64,000 bases of DNA from a virus. Of this stretch, positions 26,501 through 35,882 are shown piece by piece (position 1 is the stretch's first letter; every line of letters begins with the position of its first letter). The translations under genes were made by a program, and so were the position numbers. Where the stretch lies: positions 6,818 to 70,817 of IMG/VR virus record IMGVR_UViG_3300028042_000006; one strand, written 5' to 3'. The notes under the pieces were generated by a model. The model searched no databases and was not told where the DNA came from. It was given only the letters and a program-made list of their open reading frames with translations.

Positions 26501-29500
26501 GTAATTTCTTGAAACTACCGATAGCTTTACCATCAGAATCATTCATCTTGAACGCATCAAGAACACCTTGCTCTGGAACAAAATTCTTAATTGTATGAAA
26601 TAAATCCTGGTTACTTAAGGCATAGGCCATGAACTCTTCTGGGTCAGAATATTTACCAAAAGCGTACTCATACTTATCTTTAGCACTTTCAATGTCAGCA
26701 GATGTAGGTTGTCTACCCTGCATCTGCATCCCTTGTAGGAATATCTCATAGGTAAGCCCTGTGCCATCAATCTGCTCTTTAAGGTTCTGTATCGCCTTCT
26801 TTAACTCAGGATTGTTTTGCATCGCTCTGTGGATCATAAAGTGAATCATTTCGTGCATGAAGATTTCACTTTTGGTAGCTGTACCAAACGCTTTGTTGTA
26901 TCGTATGGTTAGTTCAGCAGATCTATCAGCAAAAGTCTTGAGCGTACCAGCAGTATCTCTTCCGCTATTAGCAGAATGAAATAGTGCATCTTCTGCCAAC
27001 TTAATGTCACGAAGAGTAATCTTGCTATAGTTTGTTTTTTGAAGAACATTATCGAACCCGGTTAATACCTGCTCGATGTTTTCCATGAACTCTTGAGAAT
27101 AAAATGGATTTGCGCCATTGTGACCATTTTCCATTTCCTCAGATACATATTCACTGAATACATCAAAAATTCCAGAACCATCTTTTTGGAAATCGATTTC
27201 AGTCTTTGTTTCCGTATCTCCTAGAGATGGGTCAAACAATTGATCACCAGTACGTGTAGATGAGCCTTGCTCTGATTCAACTTTTTTCTTGATATTCTTA
27301 ACTCTTGGGGTACTATTTGTAGTATATACCGTGTAGTTAGCATCAATCTCATTCATGTAGTCAATAAACTGTTCATCAACACCTGGCATATCACCAACAA
27401 CAAAAGTAGTTTGACCACTGTTGAATTCTCTAATAAGTGTTTTTGTATACGCAGTAAGTGGTTGATTTCTAAGCTTTCCATTTCTAGCCAACATGACAAC
27501 AGATGGATTCTTTTCTTTAACAGCTATTGTTGCAGTCGTGCTTCCCTTATTTATGGATGTACGATGTTGACTTGAATTACTTTTAGCAAGAATTTCTTCA
27601 TGACTGGTTCTAGTAGAACTTTTGGTATCTCCAGAAACTTCACCAATGAAACTATCAGCAGCAACTCTCATTGCCTTATCTTTAGCATCACCAGCAGGAG
27701 TGCCCTTGCCTCCAGCATCTTGAATTACAACAATGTCTCCAGATTTGCCAGATAAATTTTTCTCTGTCGCTTTAATATTTTTAAATTTTTCAATTTGTAA
27801 TTTAATATACTCATTAATGTCTTCATGGTTACGCTTAAGCTGACCAAGTATTCTTGTATTAAAGTCTCTAATTGTTGCTGATCGATTTTTTCCACTACCC
27901 ATCATGTGCATATCTGTATCAGCAGAATAAACCGTAAACTCCTTGAGAAGTGGGTTGTATCCAATATACATTTTAATATCCGGAAGATCTTTATTTTTAT
28001 ACTCTTTAATTAGTAAAGTAACGCCATCTTCTTGAGCATAGTTAGTATGCTGTGTCCAGCCGTTGCCTTCTCCCACAACCTCTTCTTGAGCAATGTATTT
28101 AACTTGATCAAGCTCTTCTCTAGTGTGCATAGATTCAAACACAACACCTTTTTGGCTCGGTTTACCCATCATTCTATTGTTTGCATCTGGAGTCAAATTA
28201 ATTAAAAAGAACCAACTATCATCAACTTGAAATTTTGTATATCCATTAGCTTGATGCGTAATCTTAAGTCTTTCTCTCTCGAACTCCTCTGTGGTGCTTG
28301 TTCCGCTAGTTCCATTGTAGTATTTTTCAAAAGTCAAATAATCAGAAGGATCAACAATTGGAACGACAACAATGTTGTCAAAATTTGGATCACGATATGT
28401 TTTACCTGCTTCAAAACTAGCAACATTAAATGTTTCTAAGTCACCGTATGGATCAATAGAACCAGCATTCAATTTCTCATGGATAGCAGAGTACATCGAT
28501 TCACTAAATATAACATTCGATGGTCTTCCTGCTACTTTTTTGGCACCAGCATATTGCTGTTCAGCCATAGCAAACATTTGAGCCATAGCATCACCATCAA
28601 TTCCTTTTATCCCGGTATTAAAAGTGTTGTAACCAACCAAGAATTTCTTGTCTGGATTGTTTTCAGCATGTTCAAAAAACTTAAACATACCAAGCACATT
28701 AGCATTTTTATTTCTAGGTTCAAAACCAAACTTCCATGTTTGATCAGAATCCCAATTATTGGTCTTGATAACAATACCAGCACCACCAGCTTCATAGCTA
28801 CCACCTGTGTCAGTATATGCTGTGACAAACACTTCATCTTTGGCTAATACAGCAATAGCTCCTACATAATGAGTTTTTGTATGTGAAGGATAATGTTGTG
28901 TGTCAACTCGTTCTCCAGAAAGTATACGTTTACGAACTTTCTCCATCACCTTACCAGTGTTGTTTACACCAAGTAAAGATTTTGCTTTATACTTAGTGGA
29001 TGCACCCCATACATTATCTTCTGGCACTTTTCTAGCTTTGGCACTTGGGTCCATTTCCTCAACAAAAGCAAAATCACGAAAAACATCAATAAATTCTGCC
29101 AACAACAAGTCTGTTGAAAACTTATGAAACATAGCTCGTTCCATGATTTCTGCACGATCAAGATTGTTAAGTTTTACTTTCCCTTTCCAATTGTCATCTT
29201 TAAAGCTATATTGTTTTGCCTCAAGACCAGACAGCTTAGAAAGAGCAAGTCTGTGATGACTGTTGGGGGAATACTGCTCTGCCATAAAATAAGCTTCAAC
29301 ATTCCCATACATAATGCCAGTGCTATCGGCAATAGGAACAGCAAGGTTTGCAAAATTGGATAGTGCTGCTGCAGGTAACTCTTTACCATTAAAGCTGATA
29401 ATGGCTTTTGATTTTGAATTAAATAAAATAACATTGTTATCTGTTAATGCTTCAGAATAATCTGTCACCTGGTTCAACACAGGAGAACCATCATACTTTT

Positions 29501-29684
29501 TTGGATCTGCCTCTATTTTATTTCCTTCGAGAAAATCAGTCTGAGAGTCAAACAAAACTTTAGATTCATTTCGTTTAGCACTCATGGTCTTCTCTTGAAC
29601 AGCTAAAAGTTTAGTAGCCTCGCTCTCAGTAATTCCTAGTTTTTTCATAACCTCTGATATAGCAGCTGATTGTGTACAGATCAT
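23529..29684 (-). CDS. giant ejection protein C: N4 vRNAP C-terminal-domain homolog with NADAR, macro-like, SLOG-like and zincin domains
   Basis: C-terminal QYGDVITRQI...LFVNYGYIDNRYLRYMDKHAGVWFTKYFFRQ resembles the N4 vRNAP end; HEMIH; LSNF/DNVWG/GVNNTG NADAR motifs. Confidence 0.8.
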   Translation of the reverse strand: MICTQSAAISEVMKKLGITESEATKLLAVQEKTMSAKRNESKVLFDSQTDFLEGNKIEADPKKYDGSPVLNQVTDYSEALTDNNVILFNSKSKAIISFNGKELPAAALSNFANLAVPIADSTGIMYGNVEAYFMAEQYSPNSHHRLALSKLSGLEAKQYSFKDDNWKGKVKLNNLDRAEIMERAMFHKFSTDLLLAEFIDVFRDFAFVEEMDPSAKARKVPEDNVWGASTKYKAKSLLGVNNTGKVMEKVRKRILSGERVDTQHYPSHTKTHYVGAIAVLAKDEVFVTAYTDTGGSYEAGGAGIVIKTNNWDSDQTWKFGFEPRNKNANVLGMFKFFEHAENNPDKKFLVGYNTFNTGIKGIDGDAMAQMFAMAEQQYAGAKKVAGRPSNVIFSESMYSAIHEKLNAGSIDPYGDLETFNVASFEAGKTYRDPNFDNIVVVPIVDPSDYLTFEKYYNGTSGTSTTEEFERERLKITHQANGYTKFQVDDSWFFLINLTPDANNRMMGKPSQKGVVFESMHTREELDQVKYIAQEEVVGEGNGWTQHTNYAQEDGVTLLIKEYKNKDLPDIKMYIGYNPLLKEFTVYSADTDMHMMGSGKNRSATIRDFNTRILGQLKRNHEDINEYIKLQIEKFKNIKATEKNLSGKSGDIVVIQDAGGKGTPAGDAKDKAMRVAADSFIGEVSGDTKSSTRTSHEEILAKSNSSQHRTSINKGSTTATIAVKEKNPSVVMLARNGKLRNQPLTAYTKTLIREFNSGQTTFVVGDMPGVDEQFIDYMNEIDANYTVYTTNSTPRVKNIKKKVESEQGSSTRTGDQLFDPSLGDTETKTEIDFQKDGSGIFDVFSEYVSEEMENGHNGANPFYSQEFMENIEQVLTGFDNVLQKTNYSKITLRDIKLAEDALFHSANSGRDTAGTLKTFADRSAELTIRYNKAFGTATKSEIFMHEMIHFMIHRAMQNNPELKKAIQNLKEQIDGTGLTYEIFLQGMQMQGRQPTSADIESAKDKYEYAFGKYSDPEEFMAYALSNQDLFHTIKNFVPEQGVLDAFKMNDSDGKAIGSFKKLLNAFINMINKIWSSNVQVGGKKAAMLLTETVNKLAEEQFNLDMSDYMEKDAFMKGDQSTLDNWDDKLKPHVEKFDAKVLDLTQAIKKKESFKKIGEKMKDVAILGRIIESNFFQSILSTITKKTDDSKWADVYALYRQGKNNMEKHRQGVSEAVERLVEGYVEGVDSGTRDAITTVIFNTDLGSLIDAKNGIGYSDLDIILDDNNDHLDSLYQNALYDIEKFYNAKGRTAFGPFSSTSEEMVADIEQAKGLAKMMATGVAYSPNQQINANNIYNKFYTSTLEYDDALGVHISSVDSNRTNTEEDSEIISKLNRFITLAALKETPASDRKLISNYLGDETNAKNMKSILNMYDEYVVKKADMLKVANAYDPIQKGYFDQLNRANMTFELIPEEDLDYHTGKIGRMKNIGYYGKIGGIKYYKVVGHEYTTDFDEGMLSIAGNPIPGKSLKSLLSEQMREEDKKLSKRDKRSSSKIDEIVEDKIIRFVNSGGTDTSIMSFEGDWNAIPVYDMRGRIIDYKLDISRQEKVQHLGSELDVVKSAAYTFSKFTHREASLVHNEKVIDKMLDYSKTNYLEDPDDFVMIEKYPENGKDADGNHVKFDENIHGRWNTIPEYTRKYIFEKTGAHRLVIPKDMVELIIGEKGATIGNFNLGPIDMRNFKRLRKLLMVVEGLSGEILKWAKETIVIRTGSVVWANLVSNMAVAWMRAGIPPHEFLIEARKKWIELNEYRDLDEKYQNVMAEYHASGSEDATLKRQISVLQTRLHNHPFHKLVADGQFSVIIEDVNVGDAPSGRIATAIEDLMNNKRVPQGVRSVKEFITMDRNTAMFKGMMKLTQYGDVITRQIMFEKMKSEAKRRGYIMTDEDEQGLLNMLDQLFVNYGYIDNRYLRYMDKHAGVWFTKYFFRQLKAMQTVVAAAPAYYGSFIAAEAIAGLDVATPDDSYYQPIDSLVNRMHFLHPSNIFETLTTPPIYNLLPNPITDTVKGGKGLILDWN

Positions 29685-29693
29685 TTGTATTCC

Positions 29694-32600
29694 TTAACAG
29701 TTTTGGTACTTCATGATGACATCTTGTAAATAAGTTGTCAGATCTCTCGCGTTCTTTATCTCATCATTATACTTGATTTTTACTGGTTTCAGTACCATTG
29801 TTGCACCATTTCCAGCTTTCTCATCATTCACGTATGAATTTGAAATAAGATAGTTGTAGATCATAATTTTATGAATTTCAATCTTCATTGTTTCATACTC
29901 ATCATCAGGAAATTTCTGCTTTAACAAATATCGTATAGTGCTATAGCTTAATGCCTGACCAAGACCAGATGGGCTTGTATGCTCTAGTGCCGTCTTATAT
30001 TGGTAATCAAACGAAGGAAGAACCAGTGTAGCATTTGAAGCAATTGCATTATCAATCTTCTGATATTCATACTTCAATCTTCTCTCTTGGTTCAATACAT
30101 TTTCATTATCAAAAACAACAGCAATGACAGACTTATTATTATAAGAACCAGAGTTTCGTTTGTTCATACCGCTCATCTGTTTTGCAATTTTTGTCTCTTT
30201 GCTTCCCCCGATTAGCTCAACAGCTGTGTCTTTAGCTAATGATTCCGCAAGTTTCAATGTATCATAGTCTTCTGGTCTTACTTCCTTTTGATCATCTATT
30301 AGATTGTTGATATGTGATCGTTGGTTCTTAAGCTCAACGCCCATAACCTCATTGAACATATCAATTACTGAAGATAAATCAATATCTCTTTTGCTGACAC
30401 CTGTTCCGTCTTTGTGAACCATAGGATTTTGCAATGCAGATGGCATGTGATCAACACCAAATTTTTGTTGCAAATTCTTATGGCGTGTGGTTCTTAGTGC
30501 CTCTGTATCTTGTAATACTCTAGTGATGTCAAAAATCGATAAATCAATTGATCCTAGTTCGGTCAAGAATCCATTTTTTACGTCAGGCACTTCATAGTAT
30601 GACTCTGTTGTTGTGTCTCCATCAGAACGAGTACCAGGGTCTTTAACAATGTCAGGCAAAGCATTATCAATGAATAATTTAATATCCGTATCGCTTAATG
30701 TATAGCTCTTTCCTTCATGTGTGTATTTCCCGTTAGCATCAATAGTTTTACCGTTTAGTCTAGCTGATACCGGAGAGTACCATAAGGATTCAACGAGATT
30801 ATCAACATAATTGATTTCATTTCCTGCCTCATCGAGGACAGCTTCACCATTCAAAAATTTAGTAACATTTTCTTTACCATTAATTCTATATTCAACTTTT
30901 AAGTTTGAATAATTTTGATTTATTCTTTTTCCATTATGAATAAAGAATACTGATGAATCTTGATAGTTCACATTTTTTCTTCTGACTATCTGTGTTACCT
31001 CTGCATGATTTTCAAACTTTTTGACAACCATTGTATTTGATATGTTTTTTCCCCTTGGTTTGCTGATATCTGCACCAGACTCAGGATCAATTTCTTTTTT
31101 CTTGCTGAGGGTGGTCCAGTATATTCTTTTGACAATACTATTGTTTGAACTTGCTTTATCGCTTGTTTCAACTTGATTGACATAACCACGAGATCCACCA
31201 ATTTCATTTCCAGTTTTCTCTTTGTTTTTTTCAGTGTGCTTCACTCCAATAGATCCATCTTCATTGATGAATATAGCCGGAGCAAACACCAAAGCTTTCT
31301 TAAGGACATGTATTTCACTATATGTATCCATTACAGTAGGAGAACTAAATACTTTTTTCATCTCTCTGACCGAGTACATTCTGTTCTTGATTGTTTCAAG
31401 CTCAGTGTTGGCTTCAGCAGCGATAACCGAGTCTTTAGAACCAAGTCTTAACTTGATATCGTCCAGCATAAACACAAGCTTATTTACCGTGTCTCCAAGT
31501 ATCTCTCTTGTAGAGTTTTGATCAAAAATTACATTATTGTAATCCGTTGTACTTGCAATTACATTATCTGGATTTGATGCCTGAACTACTGCATCGTAAA
31601 TTGATAACCAACTGTTCCCAGAAATAGTAGCCATAATAGCACCAGAATCCTGCTTGTGAATAGATACAGTAGGCGCACCTCTAGGGTTAGAAGCATAAGA
31701 CATGTTAACTAGCATTGCATAGAGTCTATCTTGCTCATTTTTCTTCTTCTGGTCAACGACTCCATCTTTGTCTGTATATTTAGATTCATCAAAAGTATAT
31801 GTGAATGATGCAGTATCTACATCACTTTTCTTGTCTGCTTTATACATAGGAATAGCATTTCCAGACTTAGGATCACCAATTACAATCTCGTGGTTGAATC
31901 CAGACTCTCTGATTTCATCCAATACAGCATCTATATCTTCTTTGCCAATAGGTCCCTTTTCAAGAAGTTCAGCTTTTCGTCTTTCCATCTTAGCATTGAA
32001 GAATTCAAAGTTTACAATTTCAAGTGTCTTGACCATTTCACGATACTTGTTGACAGAACCAAACTTCTTATCGAATGCTTTTTCAATACTGCTACCAAAG
32101 GTATAATCAACAGCACCAAGTAAAACCTTATCAAACTTTTCATCCAATTTGATACGCATAAATACGTCAGCCATCTTCCACTGGTTCTCTTGTGCCATTA
32201 CAAGAATCTCTTTATAGCTTTTGCCTACAGTTTTGCCATGCTCATTGATAACTTCAAATTTCAAATACTTAACGACAGGAAAATCTGCATCTGGATTTCT
32301 CTCTTGAAATGCTGCCTTTTCTTCATATAAGTGCTTGTCCACATAGACATCAAGAACACTCTGAATATAAGCCAACGCTAGTTCTTTTTCATCCTCTTGC
32401 TTCCCGGTGATTTCATCTTTAGTATTTAACTTCTTGTAGGTCTTCATTGCTTTGATGAATGAGGTCTTACCCACCGTGTTACCAAGGTTTCTACGAATAG
32501 ACTTTATCGATGCACCATAGATGAAATACATAACCGGATACTTCGCAACATTTCTAAGTTTTGCTGGAGTAATTTCACCAATGGAATCAAGCATTACTTG

Positions 32601-35600
32601 AACCAGCTTCAACTCATTAATTTTAACCTGCATACTGTTCATAGTTCTCTGCTCTGATTTACCGAGCTTCCCATAAGAACCCATCTTATTAAGTCTGTTT
32701 TCCAGCTCGTCAACGGCAGTATTAACGTCTTTTTTAATCATACGAACCTCGGCAACCATTTCAACACCGACAGTCTTGTAGAGGTCATTAAAGACTTCTT
32801 TCTCCCTAAGAAACTTGTGAACGTCTGCTGTTTTACCAGTATTGTCGGCAAACAAACTTCTGTCAGAATTCTTATCACCAGTAATCAAGTTTAGTGCAGG
32901 GGCATGATTAAATATCCACTCTTTAATATTGATCTCTTTACCATGTATATTTTTCATGGTATCTTTACCAGTCTCAAGTGCATCGAGTATTTGTTGGTGG
33001 AAGTTACCAGCTTCAATCAATGATGGTGGATCAAAGTGTATATCTTTGCCCTCAAGATACTCATCTGAATCAAACAGATACTTCATCTGTAGCATAGCTT
33101 TAGAATAATCAGACCACTTCTGTTCCATAGCTTCTGTAAAGAAACCACCCTTTGCAAGAAGCTCAATAGAACTTTCATCCATAATTTGGAATAGAGTAAG
33201 CATCATACCCGATGTAATAGCATCAGTTTCAAGTGTAAGCTCGTTTCGGAACCCACCCTTCATTCCGCCTTGCTTCCACTGATATAAGTCTCTGATTGCT
33301 CTCATAGCTTGTAATCCATGAAAACCTTCGCCTTCATCAAAAATCTCAGCATAGTGTTCATACAGTTCATGTATTGGTTTATCACTTGTGGCAATCGCTT
33401 CTACTGCTTTGGCTAAGTCACTGGTTCCGAATTTGATTGAATCTCCACGCAAGTCAACCACATTACGAACATTAATCAAAGAAGTTCGTAATGAGTTCTT
33501 GTCTGGGTCCATGTCTAACCCTTGACCTATTGCTAGTTCCATTGCCATCATGTTCTTGCTGCCATCTTTAAAATCAGAACCAGTCATCTCATACGAATGT
33601 CCCTCATACTTTGACTTGGCATCCGATTCTTGCTCTATAAATGAACGAGCAAACTTAGACTCTTGTGGTTGCAAGTCATTTGAAATCATAGCTCTACCAT
33701 TTACTGGCTGTACCCACTCTAGGAAAAATCCATCTTTTCTAAAGTCACGATTAGCATAGGTCATAACCATGATGTCAAGCTCTCTACGCATCTTGTCATT
33801 AACAGATCTTAGTTGCTTAATTTCATCAATATGATGCTTGTTGAGGTCAGGCTCTACATAGCCATTTGCTTTAAGAAAATTGAAGAAATTATTTTCTGCA
33901 ACTTCTTGCTCTTCGGCTGTATTGCTGTCAATATCTTTTGCATCCCTAAGCTTTACATATTCATCATAAAATGGTTTCATGGTCGATTTGAATTGCCACT
34001 TCACAGAATTTTGCTTTGTTGCAAACTCTTTGAAATCTTCAGTAGCATTTTGAGTAGAACCAACCATCTTATCTTGAACCGAACTAGGTTGCATAGACGG
34101 AAGGGGTCTTCGTCCATTTTCACTTAAATGCTGAAGCTTATTGATAGCTCTGAACGCATCCTGATACTCATACTCTGGATACTTGTTTTCAAGTTGATTT
34201 CCATTTTTATCAACTCTGTTATTTGTAATTTCAAAAGAATCAGTGTTGAACATGAAAAATGCAAGGTTCTTGTCACCAAAATCAAATTGTGACTCTATGG
34301 TTTTGAATGCTTCAGATGCTTCCTTGTTGTACGATACTTTTTGATCTTTAGTGAGATCATTATATTCTGACACAGAAAATGTAGCCAGTATGGCAGTTCT
34401 CATTTTATTTTTTGCGCGTTGAATTTCTTTGTCAGATGAAACGTAATTAACATACTTGCTGTTCGCCAAAGTAGAACGTATATGTGTATTAATAGAAGCG
34501 AGTAGTCCCTCTTTTATTTTCATGTTCATTTTTGCATTGACACCAATACCAAGTTCGTCAAATACTGCTTTGGCTGCATCACCAATAAAACTTGATGCAG
34601 GAATCATGTTATTTTCAAGCAACTTGTCTTTAAAGTGTATCGCTTGTTCAAGACTATCAAAAGAAAATATCTTTCTAATTTCATCAACATTTTCATTTTT
34701 CAAATCATCAATCATGGCCTTCATATCAGACATAGCTTTCACAGAAAAGAACTTAATCATTTCATTGTATGCTTCTGGCATTATTAGTTCGGAATAATTT
34801 TCAGTTTTATTTTTAACGTGTTTCTGCTCTTCTGCTAACAAAAACAAATAGTTTGGAGAAATATATTTACTGTTCTTTTTCTGTACTATCTCGCCATCTT
34901 CTGCTACTTTCCAGTTGTTTTCACCGTTGACTTTTTCAACCGGAACCGTCAGAGAATCCATCAATTTTGAGAACGCAGGAAGATCTTTATTTTCAAATCT
35001 TTTGATTTCAGCATCATCAACAAAATCAAAAATAATTTGACGTATTCCAGTAGGCAAAGAACTCTTTAATACTTCGACTGCATTGTTGTAGTCAGTCTTG
35101 TCTTCTTTTGCATAAAGTTCACTAAGACTAGAAATGAGCTTAGTGTGTGTAGAAAAAATTGAACTCTTAAGTTTGCTCTTAAACATCTGACGTTCAATTG
35201 GAACAGTACCGTCTTTAGCTATTGGATGCTTTGATCTGATATTGTGAAAAATTTGTTCTTGAACACTTCTTTGTGCAAGAGGATATTTATCTGTATCGGC
35301 ATACTGACTAGAGGCATACTGGTCAACCTCGTATGGTATAGTCGGCAATAGTTCATCTGGTTCTAGGTTTGTCTCTTTGTCAAGTAAAACAAAACCAGTT
35401 TCAATATCAAATACTCTATACCCACCATCACGCAAGATTGTACCGTACTTCTTCCCATCTAATACAGAAATATTGAGCTTAGGCTTCGCTCCCTTGTGCA
35501 TTGAACTGATCTTCATCAAGTTGGCATTAATCCTGCCCTCACCATTTGATGCACTCACATTGCCATTATCTATAGACTCTTGGATATATTCATTCTCACT

Positions 35601-35873
35601 AAGAAGAGCCTTGATATCATCGCCCTTGTATGTCTTGACGGCATAGATCTTCTCTGCTTTTGTAATCTGAATTTCTGGCTCATATTTGTAATACTTGTTT
35701 GCCTCAAGAAGATTATCTTTTTGTTTCCCAAAAACAGGCCGTCCAATCTTGTTACTCAGCTCGTCAATAAGCAAGACCTTACCCATGAGAGAATATTCTT
35801 TGTTTTCTCCAGATATTTTCTTACTAAGGTTGCGTATTGCTATTCGCTCTGTTTTTGAAAATCCACAATTCAT
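29694..35873 (-). CDS. giant ejection protein B: virion single-subunit (T7/N4-type) RNA polymerase
   Basis: PVNGRAM (DxxGR-equivalent), motif A LETDAITSG, motif B RNVAKYPVMYFIYG, IHKQDSG, motif C WLSIYDAV, in the correct order. Confidence 0.88.
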   Translation of the reverse strand: MNCGFSKTERIAIRNLSKKISGENKEYSLMGKVLLIDELSNKIGRPVFGKQKDNLLEANKYYKYEPEIQITKAEKIYAVKTYKGDDIKALLSENEYIQESIDNGNVSASNGEGRINANLMKISSMHKGAKPKLNISVLDGKKYGTILRDGGYRVFDIETGFVLLDKETNLEPDELLPTIPYEVDQYASSQYADTDKYPLAQRSVQEQIFHNIRSKHPIAKDGTVPIERQMFKSKLKSSIFSTHTKLISSLSELYAKEDKTDYNNAVEVLKSSLPTGIRQIIFDFVDDAEIKRFENKDLPAFSKLMDSLTVPVEKVNGENNWKVAEDGEIVQKKNSKYISPNYLFLLAEEQKHVKNKTENYSELIMPEAYNEMIKFFSVKAMSDMKAMIDDLKNENVDEIRKIFSFDSLEQAIHFKDKLLENNMIPASSFIGDAAKAVFDELGIGVNAKMNMKIKEGLLASINTHIRSTLANSKYVNYVSSDKEIQRAKNKMRTAILATFSVSEYNDLTKDQKVSYNKEASEAFKTIESQFDFGDKNLAFFMFNTDSFEITNNRVDKNGNQLENKYPEYEYQDAFRAINKLQHLSENGRRPLPSMQPSSVQDKMVGSTQNATEDFKEFATKQNSVKWQFKSTMKPFYDEYVKLRDAKDIDSNTAEEQEVAENNFFNFLKANGYVEPDLNKHHIDEIKQLRSVNDKMRRELDIMVMTYANRDFRKDGFFLEWVQPVNGRAMISNDLQPQESKFARSFIEQESDAKSKYEGHSYEMTGSDFKDGSKNMMAMELAIGQGLDMDPDKNSLRTSLINVRNVVDLRGDSIKFGTSDLAKAVEAIATSDKPIHELYEHYAEIFDEGEGFHGLQAMRAIRDLYQWKQGGMKGGFRNELTLETDAITSGMMLTLFQIMDESSIELLAKGGFFTEAMEQKWSDYSKAMLQMKYLFDSDEYLEGKDIHFDPPSLIEAGNFHQQILDALETGKDTMKNIHGKEINIKEWIFNHAPALNLITGDKNSDRSLFADNTGKTADVHKFLREKEVFNDLYKTVGVEMVAEVRMIKKDVNTAVDELENRLNKMGSYGKLGKSEQRTMNSMQVKINELKLVQVMLDSIGEITPAKLRNVAKYPVMYFIYGASIKSIRRNLGNTVGKTSFIKAMKTYKKLNTKDEITGKQEDEKELALAYIQSVLDVYVDKHLYEEKAAFQERNPDADFPVVKYLKFEVINEHGKTVGKSYKEILVMAQENQWKMADVFMRIKLDEKFDKVLLGAVDYTFGSSIEKAFDKKFGSVNKYREMVKTLEIVNFEFFNAKMERRKAELLEKGPIGKEDIDAVLDEIRESGFNHEIVIGDPKSGNAIPMYKADKKSDVDTASFTYTFDESKYTDKDGVVDQKKKNEQDRLYAMLVNMSYASNPRGAPTVSIHKQDSGAIMATISGNSWLSIYDAVVQASNPDNVIASTTDYNNVIFDQNSTREILGDTVNKLVFMLDDIKLRLGSKDSVIAAEANTELETIKNRMYSVREMKKVFSSPTVMDTYSEIHVLKKALVFAPAIFINEDGSIGVKHTEKNKEKTGNEIGGSRGYVNQVETSDKASSNNSIVKRIYWTTLSKKKEIDPESGADISKPRGKNISNTMVVKKFENHAEVTQIVRRKNVNYQDSSVFFIHNGKRINQNYSNLKVEYRINGKENVTKFLNGEAVLDEAGNEINYVDNLVESLWYSPVSARLNGKTIDANGKYTHEGKSYTLSDTDIKLFIDNALPDIVKDPGTRSDGDTTTESYYEVPDVKNGFLTELGSIDLSIFDITRVLQDTEALRTTRHKNLQQKFGVDHMPSALQNPMVHKDGTGVSKRDIDLSSVIDMFNEVMGVELKNQRSHINNLIDDQKEVRPEDYDTLKLAESLAKDTAVELIGGSKETKIAKQMSGMNKRNSGSYNNKSVIAVVFDNENVLNQERRLKYEYQKIDNAIASNATLVLPSFDYQYKTALEHTSPSGLGQALSYSTIRYLLKQKFPDDEYETMKIEIHKIMIYNYLISNSYVNDEKAGNGATMVLKPVKIKYNDEIKNARDLTTYLQDVIMKYQNC

Positions 35874-35882
35874 TATCTTCCT

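Noticed and set aside
29684-29699. Sequencing error or programmed frameshift splitting the vRNAP
   Set aside because: Both junctions have clean stops, 9-nt gaps, strong SDs and junction-specific Cys.
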